From assembly GCA_016748015.1 (NCBI GenBank), contig JAAOMT010000521.1, positions 8,098 through 72,097 on the forward strand: a stretch of 64,000 nt of DNA. The letters run 5' to 3'. This DNA comes from Geosiphon pyriformis uo1 (lineage: Eukaryota > Fungi > Glomeromycota). Shown here piece after piece: positions 14,011 to 26,481 of the stretch (positions are counted from its first letter, which is position 1; the number at the start of each line of letters is the position of its first letter). The notes under the pieces are model-generated. The model was not told the origin of the DNA and made no database searches. It saw only the letters and a list, made by a program, of their open reading frames with translations. The position numbers were made by a program, and so were the translations under genes.

Positions 14011-14490
14011 ACTATTAACAAGATAATAATGAAAGTAAAAGCAGCAATAAAAATACAAACAAAAGATGTACTATATCAAGAAGTGATAATAAAAACATAG
14101 AATTAATGGATACAACAATTTCCAAGAAACTTTTGTTATTTCTATTTAGAACAACATTTGAATATTCAAAACTTATATATAAATAAAACAAAACAATTAT
14201 TTAACACAATAATACTATAACATCTTGAGCAATTTGTGGGAAAAAACAATCTAACAATACAAGCAAGAGCCATCTATCAATTACAGATTGGATTTTAAGA
14301 CTGACCAGAAATACTATTTAACACAGTAATAAATACAGTTACTACTAATCAAATAGATAAAATGACTAATGCTTAATTTGAAAAATTACAGACCAAAATA
14401 ACACAAGTGATTCTTGAAAAAAAAGTTCAAAAAATAATCAAAAAAGAAGAATTAGAAAAGTTCAAAAATTTCAATAGAGTTCAATATTAA
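14010..14490 (+). pseudogene. Element A 3' coding domain of unknown function (C-terminal ~160 codons)
   Basis: Frame NTINKIIMKVK...WIQQFPRNFCYFYLEQHLNIQNLY...QARAIYQLQIGF...PEILFN...FNRVQY* is conserved with element B, with many synonymous differences. Confidence 0.7.
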
Positions 14491-14503
14491 AAAAAGGAAA
14501 TAA

Positions 14504-15281
14504 TATTACTCATAAAAAATAAGAATTATAGTAGTATATATTAGCCAATTAGAAGTAGATGTAATAAAAGAGGAAATTCTAAGATTCCTCTTAGAAAAAT
14601 TATAGGATTCCAGAAATTACAGGATTCTTATACAAAGAATTACAGAATTCCAAAATTTCAGGATTCCTCTCAAGAAATTGCAAGATTCTAGAAATTCTAG
14701 AATTCCTGGCAGAAAGAATAAAAAAATTGAGAAATCTCAAATATATATATATAGCAGTAGTATTAGAAGCAAAAAAATTAGACTTTTTAGTTTAAATTTT
14801 ATCTAAGCAACCTTCTAATTCACAAATATTAATAAATAATTATTTGCTATCTCAATCCACTCTACACTATCAATACTTCATATTAATAATGGCCAATACT
14901 TAACCACACTGAAACAATAACTTTTAATTACAGCTATTGACAGGATACTAACATTTATTATCTTGGCTTATTTTTTTATTTTATTTTTATTTTATTTTTG
15001 TTATTCCTTGTTGTTGACTAATTAATTAAAGATTAAACACTGAGTTATTAATGTCACAAATAGTCTGGTAAAAGACCCAAATAGAAGGGTACAGAGTGAG
15101 AATTGGATAGCTTACCAGAAAGGCATGACTGCCAAAATAAACTGGCCACTAAGCTAAAGAAAAAAATTGGGATACTTATCACAAAAAAATTATACATTAT
15201 CTAATCTCTGTTTATTATACAAAAAACTCCAATATCATTAAGTAAATTAGCACCAAGTTATACAAATAATTATCTGTAACA
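14504..15281 (+). repeat. 3' LTR of element A, preceded by a polypurine tract at 14489-14503
   Basis: Begins TATTAC (decayed TGTTAC) and ends TGTAACA; has two ~25-bp U5 deletions relative to the 5' LTR. Confidence 0.9.
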
Positions 15282-15285
15282 GTGC

Positions 15286-15374
15286 ATTTAAATATTTAGT
15301 TTTTTGTCAATTTGGTTTTGAAGAAAGTAGTCTCTAATAAACAATTTTTGTATTTGGTTTCAGCAGTTCTTCAT
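15286..15374 (+). pseudogene. LINE-a ORF2 part 2 (short segment between element A and the solo LTR)
   Basis: FFVNLVLKKVVSNKQFLYLVSAVLH matches LINE-b FFVNVVLRKAITDKQFFYLVSAVLQ. Confidence 0.88.
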
Positions 15375-16187
15375 TGTTATGGGAGTGTTTTTTTGGTATA
15401 TTTTAATTGTTGATCTCCTATTTTAATTGCAATTAGTTTCTTGTGAGTTTCTCTATTTTATGTGTTGAATATTAATGATAATGTACTGAAGATTTTCTCT
15501 TGATGTTGTGATGTAAGTCTTCTCTTTAATTCTAATTGTCTTTGTATGTTGTGTATTTCTTCTCAGAGGCTAATCTGAAATCTATCTGCTATCTGGAGTC
15601 TTCTCTGAGGCTATTTTTGCAATTGTCTGATGTGTTTTTTTAATCTAAAAACATGTAATGTTAATGGTCTTTTCGTGATTTTTCTAAGTATATAATAAAG
15701 CTTTTTCAATTTAATTAGTAACTATGTGAATAATCTTGATCAGGAATTATTCTTCCAAAGAGTTCAAAGATGGAATAATAGTTTCATTCGCTAGAGAGAG
15801 TATGTAAATTCTATTGTTAATCTTGTAATTGTGATATTTATTCAATTTATTATTTTTATTAATTCTTTTTGAATAAAATTTTATTTAGATATTTGTTGCT
15901 TTGAGTTGAAGCTGTTTTTTTTCATTATTAAAAACTATTGTATATATATATAATTATTGTTTTACAAAATAATGTTTTGTAATACTCTATTTTTGTTATT
16001 TCTAAATAGTGCTTGCTGCTTTTGCATGATAGTGCTTGCTGCTATTGTAAAATAGTGCTTGCTGCTATTGTACAGTAGTGCTTACTGTTATTTGTAAATT
16101 ATTTTTTTTATAAATTGTTGCTGTGCTATTTCATAATTGGCTAATTTATATTATTTATAATTCCTATTAAATTCTTGTACTGTAACA
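15375..16187 (-). mobile_element. Solo LTR related to the element C LTR family
   Basis: TGTTAT...GTAACA termini and TSD TCAT/TTAT. The reverse complement resembles LTR C (ATAGCAGCAAGCAC repeats, GATCAAGATTATTCAC, GATAGCCTCAGAGAAGAC). The LINE frame resumes after it. Confidence 0.88.
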
Positions 16188-16191
16188 TTAT

Positions 16192-17495
16192 CTAATTATC
16201 AATTATAAAACTTAATTCAGTTTTATTTCTATTAATTTGTGTAATAAATAAGACATTTTGATTCACAAGGATTTGAAATCCAAATCTGGTTTTCTCTGTA
16301 ATTTTCCTAATAATGCATTCCACCACCTTTTTCTATATGGTTTAAAATCTTTTGAACAAATTTAGACTAAGGGCAAATTGGCTTTTGTTGTTTGTTTTGC
16401 TAATTTTATTGGGGTTTTGGGCTATTTATTTGCTCATAGATCACATAATTTTCAGGTTCTCAACTGGCTTTTATATCACCTCTTGCTTTTTCCAGTTTGT
16501 ATAGGTATTAATCCTTTGAACAATTTTTTAACTGACATAATCTGCATTTTTCTGGAGTGTAATCTGTTTTTGGATAGTTTTATAACCAATGTTTTTTATT
16601 TTTGGAGTGGTACTTCTATGTCTTTTGTTCTCAGTGTGTTGAAATTTTATAAGTGTGCTTTTTTGCTATGGCAGTATGGAATAGCTTTTACAGAACAGCT
16701 TTGTAACTGAAATGATATGGTTTTTAATTGGAAAACATTTAAGTAGTAGAAGAAGTTGGACTTACATGGCTCTGTTTCTGAATAGTTCGATTTTTTTGTT
16801 TGTTTTCTCAGTAGTTTGGCTTCTTTTTCTGCTGATTTTTCTCTTTTTAAAAGCACTAGTTTGTTAAACATTCTTAATTCTAGTGAGTTTAAAGTCATTT
16901 ATAACTATTTGTTGAATATTGATGCTGGTCTCTTTTTTGTCTATATGGATAGGTCTCTTTGTGATTTGGAAACTGTTAATATGAAGGCTGGTACAGCTGC
17001 TTTTTTTGAAGATATTGGTTTGGGTTTGGGTGTTGAGATTTCTGGTTTAGTGTCTTCAACTATGACAGAGTTGCAAATTATTGTGTTAGCACTTGAATGT
17101 ATGCTGCCTTTCAGTTTGGTTCACTTCTTCTTAGACAATTAGACTGCTTTAAATGTTTATAAATCAGAATTGAGTTTGTTGTGTCTGGATTTTTAAAACC
17201 AGTGCTAGATTAAACATTGCCATATTGTGGGTGTTATTTATGATAGAAATTTAGAAGTCAGCTAATATAAAGTAAAAGAACATTCAAGTGTACCAGACAA
17301 TGAAGCCACTGATGCACTCATGGGGTCTGCTTTCTTCTCTGGTTGGTACCTTCTTTATTGGATTAATAAGCATTTCATTAAGACTGGTAGTGATATTGTT
17401 TTTGGTAATTTTAGACATTTTGTTTATGACATTTTTTATTCTATTTATTGAGCATACTAGGAGGTTGGCTTTGGTTTTTGAGTTGTAGTAAGCAA
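16192..17495 (+). pseudogene. LINE-a ORF2 part 3, including RNase H
   Basis: ALHH..LYGLK.FEQ, VYMDRSL, GTAAFF, STMTELQ, FLDN, KVKEHSSVPDNEATDA. Confidence 0.88.
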
Positions 17496-18369
17496 TGTTA
17501 CAGATAATTATTTGGGGTCTTAAATCAAATAACAAACCTGTAACTTAGTATTAATAATTGATATAATAGTTATAATCTGAAGGTTTTGGTTATCTGAAGG
17601 CTTTGGTTGGAATTTTTTGTATAATAGACAGAAATTCAAATGTGATTCTCCTTTAGTAATGTTTTAAGTATCAACTCTTGGGTTAAATTGTTTTGTTTTG
17701 TTTGTCACTTTCCAAAATCACAATTCCATTAATTTTTTTCTCAGTGTGGTGGCCAGCAATCTTCTGGTAAGTTATTTTCAAATCTAAATGTTTACTCTTA
17801 TTTTTAGGTCTTTTACCAGTGCTATATTCTAATGTCAGTAACTCAGCACTTAATCCTTAAACAATTAGTATACAACAATAAAGAAAAAAATAAAAGAAAA
17901 AAAAGTTTAACAAAGAAAAATAAGCCAAGACAATTAAGTTAGTATCCTGTCAATAGTTATAATCAAGAGTTATTGTTTCAGTATAGTCAAGTATATGGTA
18001 CTATTAATATGAAGTGTTGATAGTAAAAAGTGGATTAAGATAGCAAATAATTATTTATTGATATTTGTGAATTTGAAGATTGCTTAGATGAAATTTAAAC
18101 TAAGAAGTCTGTCTTTTCTGCTTTTAGTGTTACTATTATATATATAATTAAAATTCTTTAATTCCTCATTTTTTCATACCTGGAATCCTACAATTCCTTT
18201 AAAGAAAATTCTAAAATTTTGGAATCTTGCAATTCCTTATATGAGAATTCTAAAATTTTTGGAATTTTGCAATTTCTTTGAGAAGAATTCTAGAATTCCA
18301 TATTTACTACAGCTACTTCTGATTGGCTAATTTATATGCTAATATATTTTTTATATTCTATAAATAATA
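17496..18369 (-). repeat. 3' LTR of element B
   Basis: Direct repeat of 26482-27348; related to the A LTRs. Confidence 0.9.
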
Positions 18370-18384
18370 TTATTTTCTTCTTTT

Positions 18385-19075
18385 AATATTGAGCTCTGTT
18401 GAGATTTCTTAATTCTAATTCTTCATCTTTGAGTATTTCTTGAATTTTTTTTTCGAGAATTATTTGTGTTATCTTGTTTTGTAATTCTTCAAATTGAACA
18501 TTGGTTATTTTTTCTATTTGGTTAATAGTAATGGAGTCCATTGCTGGATTAAATAAGATTTCTGGTCGGTTTTGAAATCCAACTTGTAATCAATAGATAA
18601 CTCATGCTTGTATGGTTAAATTGTTCTTTTTCACAAATTGTTCAAGTTGTTGTAATATTTTTAGATCAAATAATTGCTTTGTTTTATCCATATATAAGTT
18701 CTGGATATTTAGATATTGTTCCAAGTAGAAATAATAAAAGTTTCTTAGAAATTCTTGTATCCACTACTTCCAAGTTTTTTTGGTTAATTTTTAATATAAG
18801 ATAACACTTATTGGTTCTTCTATTGTTAATTTTACTTTTAGAATTATTTTGTTGATAGTGTTTTCTGATTTTTTCTGTATTTTGTATTGGGATATTTTCC
18901 TGGTATCTCTGTATCAAATAATTGATAGTAATTTCTATATTCTGTTGTTGAATTAATTGAAAAAATTGTTGTGTTAACAAGTGAATTTCATCAGTAATTT
19001 CTATTTTTCTAATATCTTCTATTACATCTACTATGTCTTTATATATTCTTTTGGTCGATCAATTTAATATGTTTG
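18385..19075 (-). pseudogene. Element B post-integrase coding domain of unknown function
   Basis: KRIYKDIVDVIEDIRKIEITDEIHLLTQQFFQL..., then after one frameshift ENTINKIILKVK...WIQEFLRNFYYFYLEQYLNIQNLY...LQVGFQNRPEILFN...LNRAQY*; homologous to A 14010-14490. Confidence 0.7.
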
Positions 19076-20330
19076 TGTTAATAATGATGATTGGTTCTAG
19101 ATCTCATGGAATCTTATTTGGTTGGATTAGCATTCTTTGTACTTTCAATTGTGGAATATTACTGGTGAATGATGATGCTATATTGTAATATGATTTTAGT
19201 TAATCTCTATATACTGCTTTGGTTAAGATTTTGTTGTTCAATCTTAATTTATAAGCTCTATTTCTTAGAATTTTTTCTATGTAAAATAGTTCATCCTATT
19301 TGGGATCAAATTTTCTACTCTATTGTTTTTCTTGTGACTTCTGAATATTATCAGCTGCTCTTTACTATTTGTTTTCTAGTGTTTCTATTAAGTTATATGT
19401 TTTTCTTAACAATGTTTTTTGAAAATTGTTTTCTGTTATTAGTTCAGTTAGATATATGCTGACTTCTATTTCTATTGGTAATATTGCTGTTCTACCATAT
19501 ATTAATTCAAATAGTATTATTTGTATAGTGTTTGCTTTATTGTTTAATAAGCAAATAATACTAATAGTATAAATAAATTCTATTTATCTTGATTTTTTTG
19601 GTTAATTTTAGCAATTGTTTTACACAATGTTCTGTTAAATCTTTCAATTAACCTATTTGTTTGTGGATTGTATGATGATAATAATGGTCTTTTAATTCCA
19701 AATTTTTGACTTAATTCTGTTAGTGTTCTGTTTACAAAGTGAGTTCTTTGATCTGATAGTAGTTTTTTTGAACATCTGTGTTAACAAATTAGATCTTGAT
19801 GAACAAATTTGGCAATGGATTCTGCATCTGCTCTTTGAATAGCTTTGGCTTTTGGCCATTTAGTAAGATAATTCATAACTACTGCAATATATTTGTTTCC
19901 TCTGCTGGTTATTGTTAATGGTCTAACTAAGTCAATCTCAATATGATCAAATGATTGTCTCATTTTAATTGGTTTTAATGGTTTGCTGAATCTGATTTCT
20001 TCTCTTTTTTAACAAGCATCACAATTTTGAACATATTGAATGATGTCTGAATACATTGATAGCCAATAGTATTTTTTTTAATTCTTTCTATAATTGCTTC
20101 TTTATGAAAATGTCCCACTATTAGATTTAAGTACATGTTGAACAATATTGTTTCTTTTTTTGGTTCTGTAATTACTCTAATTAGTTGATTTGGATTTTTT
20201 TTGTTTTTTCAGTAAAATATATTTTAATAATTGATAAAATATTTTGATTGTTGTTTTATGTTATTTTGTTTCTTTTGAGATAATTTTTTCTTGAACTGTT
20301 GAGTATTTATATAAAACTGGAGTTGTTGAT
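19076..20330 (-). pseudogene. Element B integrase (HHCC, DDE core, GPY/F-like region)
   Basis: H..GHFHKE...YYW...CDAC, FDHIEIDLV..L.IT.RGNKYIAV.MNYLTKWP.A, SDQRTHF, NR.IERFNRTL, LEPIIII. Confidence 0.88.
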
Positions 20331-20399
20331 ATTATTGTGTGTTCATTTTTTGTTATATTTTTGGGTTGAAATGTTCAGATTTGTTTCATTTGCAACAAA

Positions 20400-23300
20400 C
20401 TATCAGCATTTCTGTTTTTTTTCCTTTTTATAGTATACTGTAAAAGTATATGGTGAAAGTGCTATTTTCTATTTTTCATGTTAATTGTCTCTAAATTTTT
20501 GCTTCTGAATTGAAGTCAATTCTTTGTAATTAGTATGCACTTCAAATTTCTGGCTTAAATATTTCTTTTATTTTATAACAGCTCAATAAATTGCTAAGTG
20601 TTCTAGTGCTGGTGTTTCATAGTTTTTTTTGGTTAATATTAAGCTTTGGCTGACATATGTTACTGAATGTTCTTTTTCATCCAGTTTTTTTTGTAATAAT
20701 ACTGCTTTTAATGCTTGACTTAATGTATTTGTGATAATGATAAATGGTTTGCTATAATTTGAATAGATCAGTATTAGAGCTTAAATAAGCTTTCTTCTTA
20801 ATATGTCGAAAGCTTCTTGTTGTGTTTTAGTCTATTCATATTTAACATTTTTGGTTTGTAGATAATGCAGTGGTTGAGTTAGTTTGGAAAAGTTTTTGAT
20901 AAAGTGATAATAGTATCCTGTAAATCCCAAGAATGCTCATAGCTCAGTTAGATTGGTGAGTATTAAAAAGAACTTTACTACTTCAATTTTATTTGGATCT
21001 GTTTTAATGCCCTCTCTGCTTACAACATGTTTCAAAAACTTAAGCTCTGTCTTGCCAAAGAAACACTTGGTTGTATTTAGTTTCAATCCTGCTCTTTTCA
21101 GTCTTTTGAACACTTGCTGGAGATAATGAAAATGATCATCAAATGTTTTTGAGAACACATTGGTGTTATCTAAATACATAACTACTAATTTCTATAGTAG
21201 TCTAGTATAAACAATTTCCATTAACTATTGAAATGTGGCTGGTGTATTGGTTAAGTCAAATAGCATTATTTCAAATTTGAAATTCTCTTTTCTTGTAATA
21301 AATGCCATCTTCTTCTTATCTTCTGGTTTTATGGCTATTTGTCAGTAACTGTTATCTAGATCCAATGCTAAAAACCATTTTTTTTTCTAAAAGCATTGAA
21401 TAATTCCTGAATCTGTGAAATTGGATAACTGTCTTTACGAGTTACACTATTGAGTTTTCTGTAATCTACACAAAAGCAGATTTTTTTATTTTTCATATAG
21501 ACTAATATTACTGATAATAACTATAAGCTTATTAATAACTAAATTAGTCTATTGTTAAGCATTCAATTAATTTCTTAATAAATGATCTCATGGCTGGCTG
21601 GTGGTACTTAGTATGCTCTTTGTTTAATTGGCATTGTATTTCCAGTCTTAATCTGGTGCTGGATTATGTCAGTTTTGCCAAACTCATTTTCACTTGCAAA
21701 AATATCAGTTAAATTGTTGAGTAATATTCTGAGTTGCATACATTAAAGTGGGTCTAAGTTTTTCATGTTTATTTGTTCTAATTGTTCTGATTAAAACAAA
21801 TAACATTTGTTTCATTCATAAATAATTTGTGATATTATGTCAACATATTTACACAGTTGTGGAAAATCTGGAATGAAGTTTGGTGATTGGTTTTTGATTT
21901 CAGTGGTTAAATATCCAATGGTAATTTTTTTTAATATCTCGATAATGTCTTTTGTATTGTTGTAGATAAGAAATTTGATGTGATTGTGGTTCTTAACTGG
22001 TATGTATAGATTGACAAATTCAATCTCTCTGGATTTACAAAGTGTTGCTTCTGCTTTAAAAATCTGAATCTGATTCTTTATTTTTTTTTCTATGACTAAC
22101 ATGTACTAGTCATATGGTGGAATAAAAATTAATTAATAGGTGAAGATAATTTCTCTCTTGTTAATAACTTTTTTTTCTGCCATATTAACTGGTACTTCTA
22201 TTCTACCCATGAATTCAAATCCACTAATTTCTTTTGCTGTTATTCTCAATTTCTTTTTTTTTCTTACTGACACTAATTGAGCTATTTTAATCAGAGGCAG
22301 AAATATTGACTGTGCTATCTTTTCATTTGACTTTATAATATATGTCTTTTTTAAGTCATTTTGTAGCATTGCAATAATATTTTTTACATATCCTGTATCA
22401 ATTATTCTTCTTCTAATATTGATTTCTTTTTTTGCTAAACTACTCTTAGATACTAATTAAACCATTGTTGTTGCTGAGATTTTTAGTGTTATTTTGAAAT
22501 CAATATAGGTGCATGAATGTAGTTCCAGTTTTATAGCTTCTTTTCTGAGATATTTTAGATTAAATCCTACATTAATATTATGCATACATTCAGGCATAAT
22601 ACCTTCATTATTATTGCTAAACTATTTAAGTTCCTGTTTCTTAGAAAAATTAGAAAGTGTGATATACTGTTCTGAATTTGAATCAAAGTTTGAATCATTG
22701 TTATTTTCATTGCCATTTTGAACAGAGCAAAAACCATTGTTTTCATCATCATTATTGTCAGAGTTTAAATTGGAGTTAAATGTTGATTCCAATTCTGATA
22801 CACAACTGCTAATTGGTTCTTTTTTTTCTGGGATTGTATAGATTATGTATGGTGGTGAATTGTAAATAAAGTCATACTCATTACAATATTAAAAATCATA
22901 TGAAATCAAACAGTGGTTACATAATCAAGTATTTAGTTATTTTAAACATTGTTCTTGCTTTTCTCTAGTGAGTGCTAGATTTTGATAATGTTTGTGAAAT
23001 TGTTTTGAGTTCATAACATCAAAGATAATATTAAAGTTTGGAGTCCAATTAAATTCTATGAGTTCTGGTGGATTATTTTTTTATTTCTCTTATTTTTTTT
23101 TTAATGCATCTTTGATTTTTGTGAAAGCCATTTACCAGATTTTATTGTTATTATGTAGACAATTATCTAAGTGTTTTACCATTCTTCTCTAAGCAACGTT
23201 TATTGGTGTTCTTTTGCATACTCAATTATTAATTAAAATCATGTATTGGCACAATTCATTGCACATTTTTCCTCTTCCAAAAATGTTGTTCTATATTCTT

Positions 23301-26300
23301 TTGTCAAAAAAGATTTCTCCACAAGCCAGACATGGTTTGTTGTCCCATTTTCCTTGTCACTTAGGTTATTCAAATTATTTAAGAATACATGGACAACAGT
23401 AATATTTTGTAGTCATTGGCCAGTCCTTATTATTACTACAACATATATTTATTGTTGACAATTTCTTACCACAATTGATGCAAATTAACTTGGATCAATA
23501 ATAATTTGGCTGTGATTGAGTAGTAGTAGAGTATGTTGTCCAGTTAGAGATAGTGGCTTGAGTTTCTTTTTTTTCTTTTTTTTTCTTTTCCTTTTTCTTT
23601 TCATGTAGGTACCAGTAGTAGATTGTTGTGGTTAGTGTTAGCCCATGAGACTTGGTAAGCTTCCCAAGTGGGTTTCTTCTCTTTTTTTTTAACTCTATTA
23701 GTGGCTGTTTGTTGGTAGTGATTCTGAAATGACTGCAGGTTGCTGGTACTCAAGTGTGTTGGCCATTCTAGCTAAGTTGTAGTTATTGGGTATTTCAGTC
23801 AAGCACAATGTTGGTCTTGAACAGCCAGTTATTATTAATTAGTGCTTGGTACTAGGTGGCTTCTATGATGAGGACTTTGATTAGCACAACAATGTTACTA
23901 ACTTCAAAGAAGAAGTTATCAATTTTGTCTATTGGAGTCTTTGTTGCCCTATCAGCAGTAATTATTTGTACACTGGCAGTGTAATCAACTTGGCAACCTA
24001 ATTGATCCATAAATTGTTGAGTGATAATGCTGCCAGCTAATCTATTGTTTAAAATCAGTTTAATGAACTGACTATTAACTTTAGTATCTATATATATTGC
24101 AGTGATGGGTTTTAATTTTAGAGTGGTTTAACTGAATAGTAGCATTTCAACTGGTTTCTCAAATTCAAAAGGAAAGATGGTGGTAAGTAATTTATCTTTA
24201 GTTATAATTACTGGTAGTATGTTGTTAATAAGTGGCTGCTTTTGTTTGGGTTCTAGCTTATTGGGTAAAGTGTCTTCTGGGGTAACTAAAAGACTTAAAT
24301 AGTTCTGAAAATTTGGGTTTTGGCTATACTCAATTCCCAAACTTCACTGCCATAATTCTGCTAACTGCTGAAATAAGCTAGAGATTGGCTAATGCATCAC
24401 CATTACCAATTACCAATTCTGTTAGATGTGTGCAATTTTCAGTCTCAAATTTCTGGATATCTGTACTGAATTTTAGGGCAGTATAGTAATAGATTGTGGT
24501 TGATAAATTACTTGTGACTGCAGTTAATAAATAACTGAAACTGGAGTTTGATAGATTGGAAATATGTATATTGGTTGTTGTGTTATTTGTAAGTAATGGA
24601 GTTAATATAGATATAATTCAGTTGATAAATTGTTGACATAGTTCTGAGTTTGAAATCTGTAATCAGAGTTTTAATATTAATTACCTGATTGTTAATTATT
24701 AATTTTGGCGTGGCAGTCAACTTTGATGTGATTTTGTTTACCACAATTATGACAAATATATGTTTCTTACTGCCATAATGATTGTGTTGCCATAGAACAC
24801 AACTAATTTTGGTGCTGATTGATGGTTCTGGAATTGTTATAATATTGTGGCAGTTAATATATAGTTTGATTATTGTTAGCTAAGTACCCCTCTAGTTTCT
24901 GATTAATTAAATCACTGATTGTTTCAATTTAGAATCCAATTCAGATGATCCGTTTATTATTAAATTAATGGCTTAGGCATGATTTGTTTCTAGTTTGGCA
25001 GATTCAAAATCTTGTGCATTGGTAACTGTATCTTGAAGAGTTTATAAGTGCATTGGGCATATGTATTAGAGGATGCTACTGTGTAATCTACAGATAAACT
25101 GGTTTAGATTTATGATACTGTAAAGTAATTCACATTAATTGCTTGTATTTGGTATAAGTTTCTATAGAAGCATCCTAGATAAGTAGTGACTGTTTCAGTT
25201 TTCTTTTGCTTAATGGTGATGAAAATATTGGCTAAGTGGTTAATACTATTATTATTACTAAAATATCTCAAGAACTCTATTTTAAATACATCAAAGGTAA
25301 TAAGTTTATTGATTAAGCTTTAATACTATAAATTGGCAGTATCTTGCAAAAAGTATAGAATGGCCTGTAAACTCCTGACATTATCTCAATTGTTAGCAGT
25401 AATTGCTTTGGTAACATCATTGAGCCAAACTTGGGCATTATCTTTTTTGCCAGTATTTTTTTCTAATTTGGCAATAGAAATATATGCCATTGATGTTACA
25501 ACTTGTTGCTGTTGCTGTGGTGGTTGAGATTGCTGTTGTAGTTGCTGCTGGGGTGGTAATAGTAATTGCTGTTGCTGTTCAACAATTGGTAGGACTGGTG
25601 GTAGATCAATTACAATTATTGAAAATAGGTTTTGGAGAACAATAGGAGTGATATTTGGATTATTCTGATTTTGCTAAGTTGAAATGATCAGGTTTTCAAT
25701 TTCCAGTTTTTCTGAAATCAGAATTAGACTATTAATTTCTTGATTACTGTCTTTTTTTTCTTCAGAGTCAGTTATTTTCCAAGGATTAGCAGCTCCAAAA
25801 TCTGGTTGTGTTAATGGTGATCAAATTTCTAATAGCATTGGAGATTACAATTTAAATCTTTCAAAATAATTGCCATATATTTCTACTAACTTGGCTTTCT
25901 TTTGTTTACTTTGGAATGGAATTCTGTTTAGTAGTGTTGTTATGTTTGCTGTAAACATGCCTGTTGATGTTATATTAATGATATTACTAGATGTGTAATG
26001 ATATAAGAGATTTGCAGAGGAATCAATTTATTGTTTTTTCCAAGTAAGTAATTGTATTTGCTTTGGGTTTTTTATTGGTGTTTGTAATTTTTTCTTTCTT
26101 TTGTTTGCAAAAGTGATGAAAAATCTTTGTTTAGTGTATTTTTTAATTTATTTGTTTATTTTTGTAATTATTGGGGCAAATAAATAATTCTGTGACAATA
26201 TGGTAGTTTGAAATAGTTTATTAAAGAAATTGTTAAAGGCAAATTCTGGATCTCTTTGTCCTCTTAAGTAATATACAATTTTTTCATTAACATAACAATT

Positions 26301-26417
26301 GAAAATTGATTCTGCTGGCCAATTATTATTTTTTAATCCCAGATGACTTTTGTAGTGCTGAAATAAAAATTTTGCAAATCCCAAATGGTTTGTTCCTGCT
26401 TCTTCTAATTTTGCCAC
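20400..26417 (-). pseudogene. Element B gag-pol: capsid, CCHC, protease (~24130-23760), Cys-rich domain (~23500-22870), dUTPase (~22640-22195), RT (~21680-20860), RNase H
   Basis: MAYISIAKLEK, CHNCGKQNHIKVDC, IITADRATK, IIDTGY, KIAQSIFLPL, CVDYRKLN, YLDN, NYETPALEHLAI. Confidence 0.88.
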
Positions 26418-26481
26418 TGTTTTGGATGGTTGTTGCTGGTGTTGGTTCTCTGTTGAATTATATCTTACAAAGAGCACCAAA

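Larger units (their letters stand above)
7352..15281 (+). mobile_element. Ty3/gypsy element A (gag-PR-CysRich-dUTPase-RT-partial RH; integrase deleted; 3' domain retained)
   Basis: Termini TGTTAC (7352) and GTAACA (15281), two LTRs, PBS and PPT. The TSD reads ACAC/GTGC, consistent with a decayed GCGC that restores the LINE codons A-K-A-H. Confidence 0.93.

Noticed and set aside
18684-18860. C-terminal half of ORF 18684-18980 as the true protein
   Set aside because: Comparison with A shows synonymous conservation in a different frame; a frameshift near 18865 is more likely.
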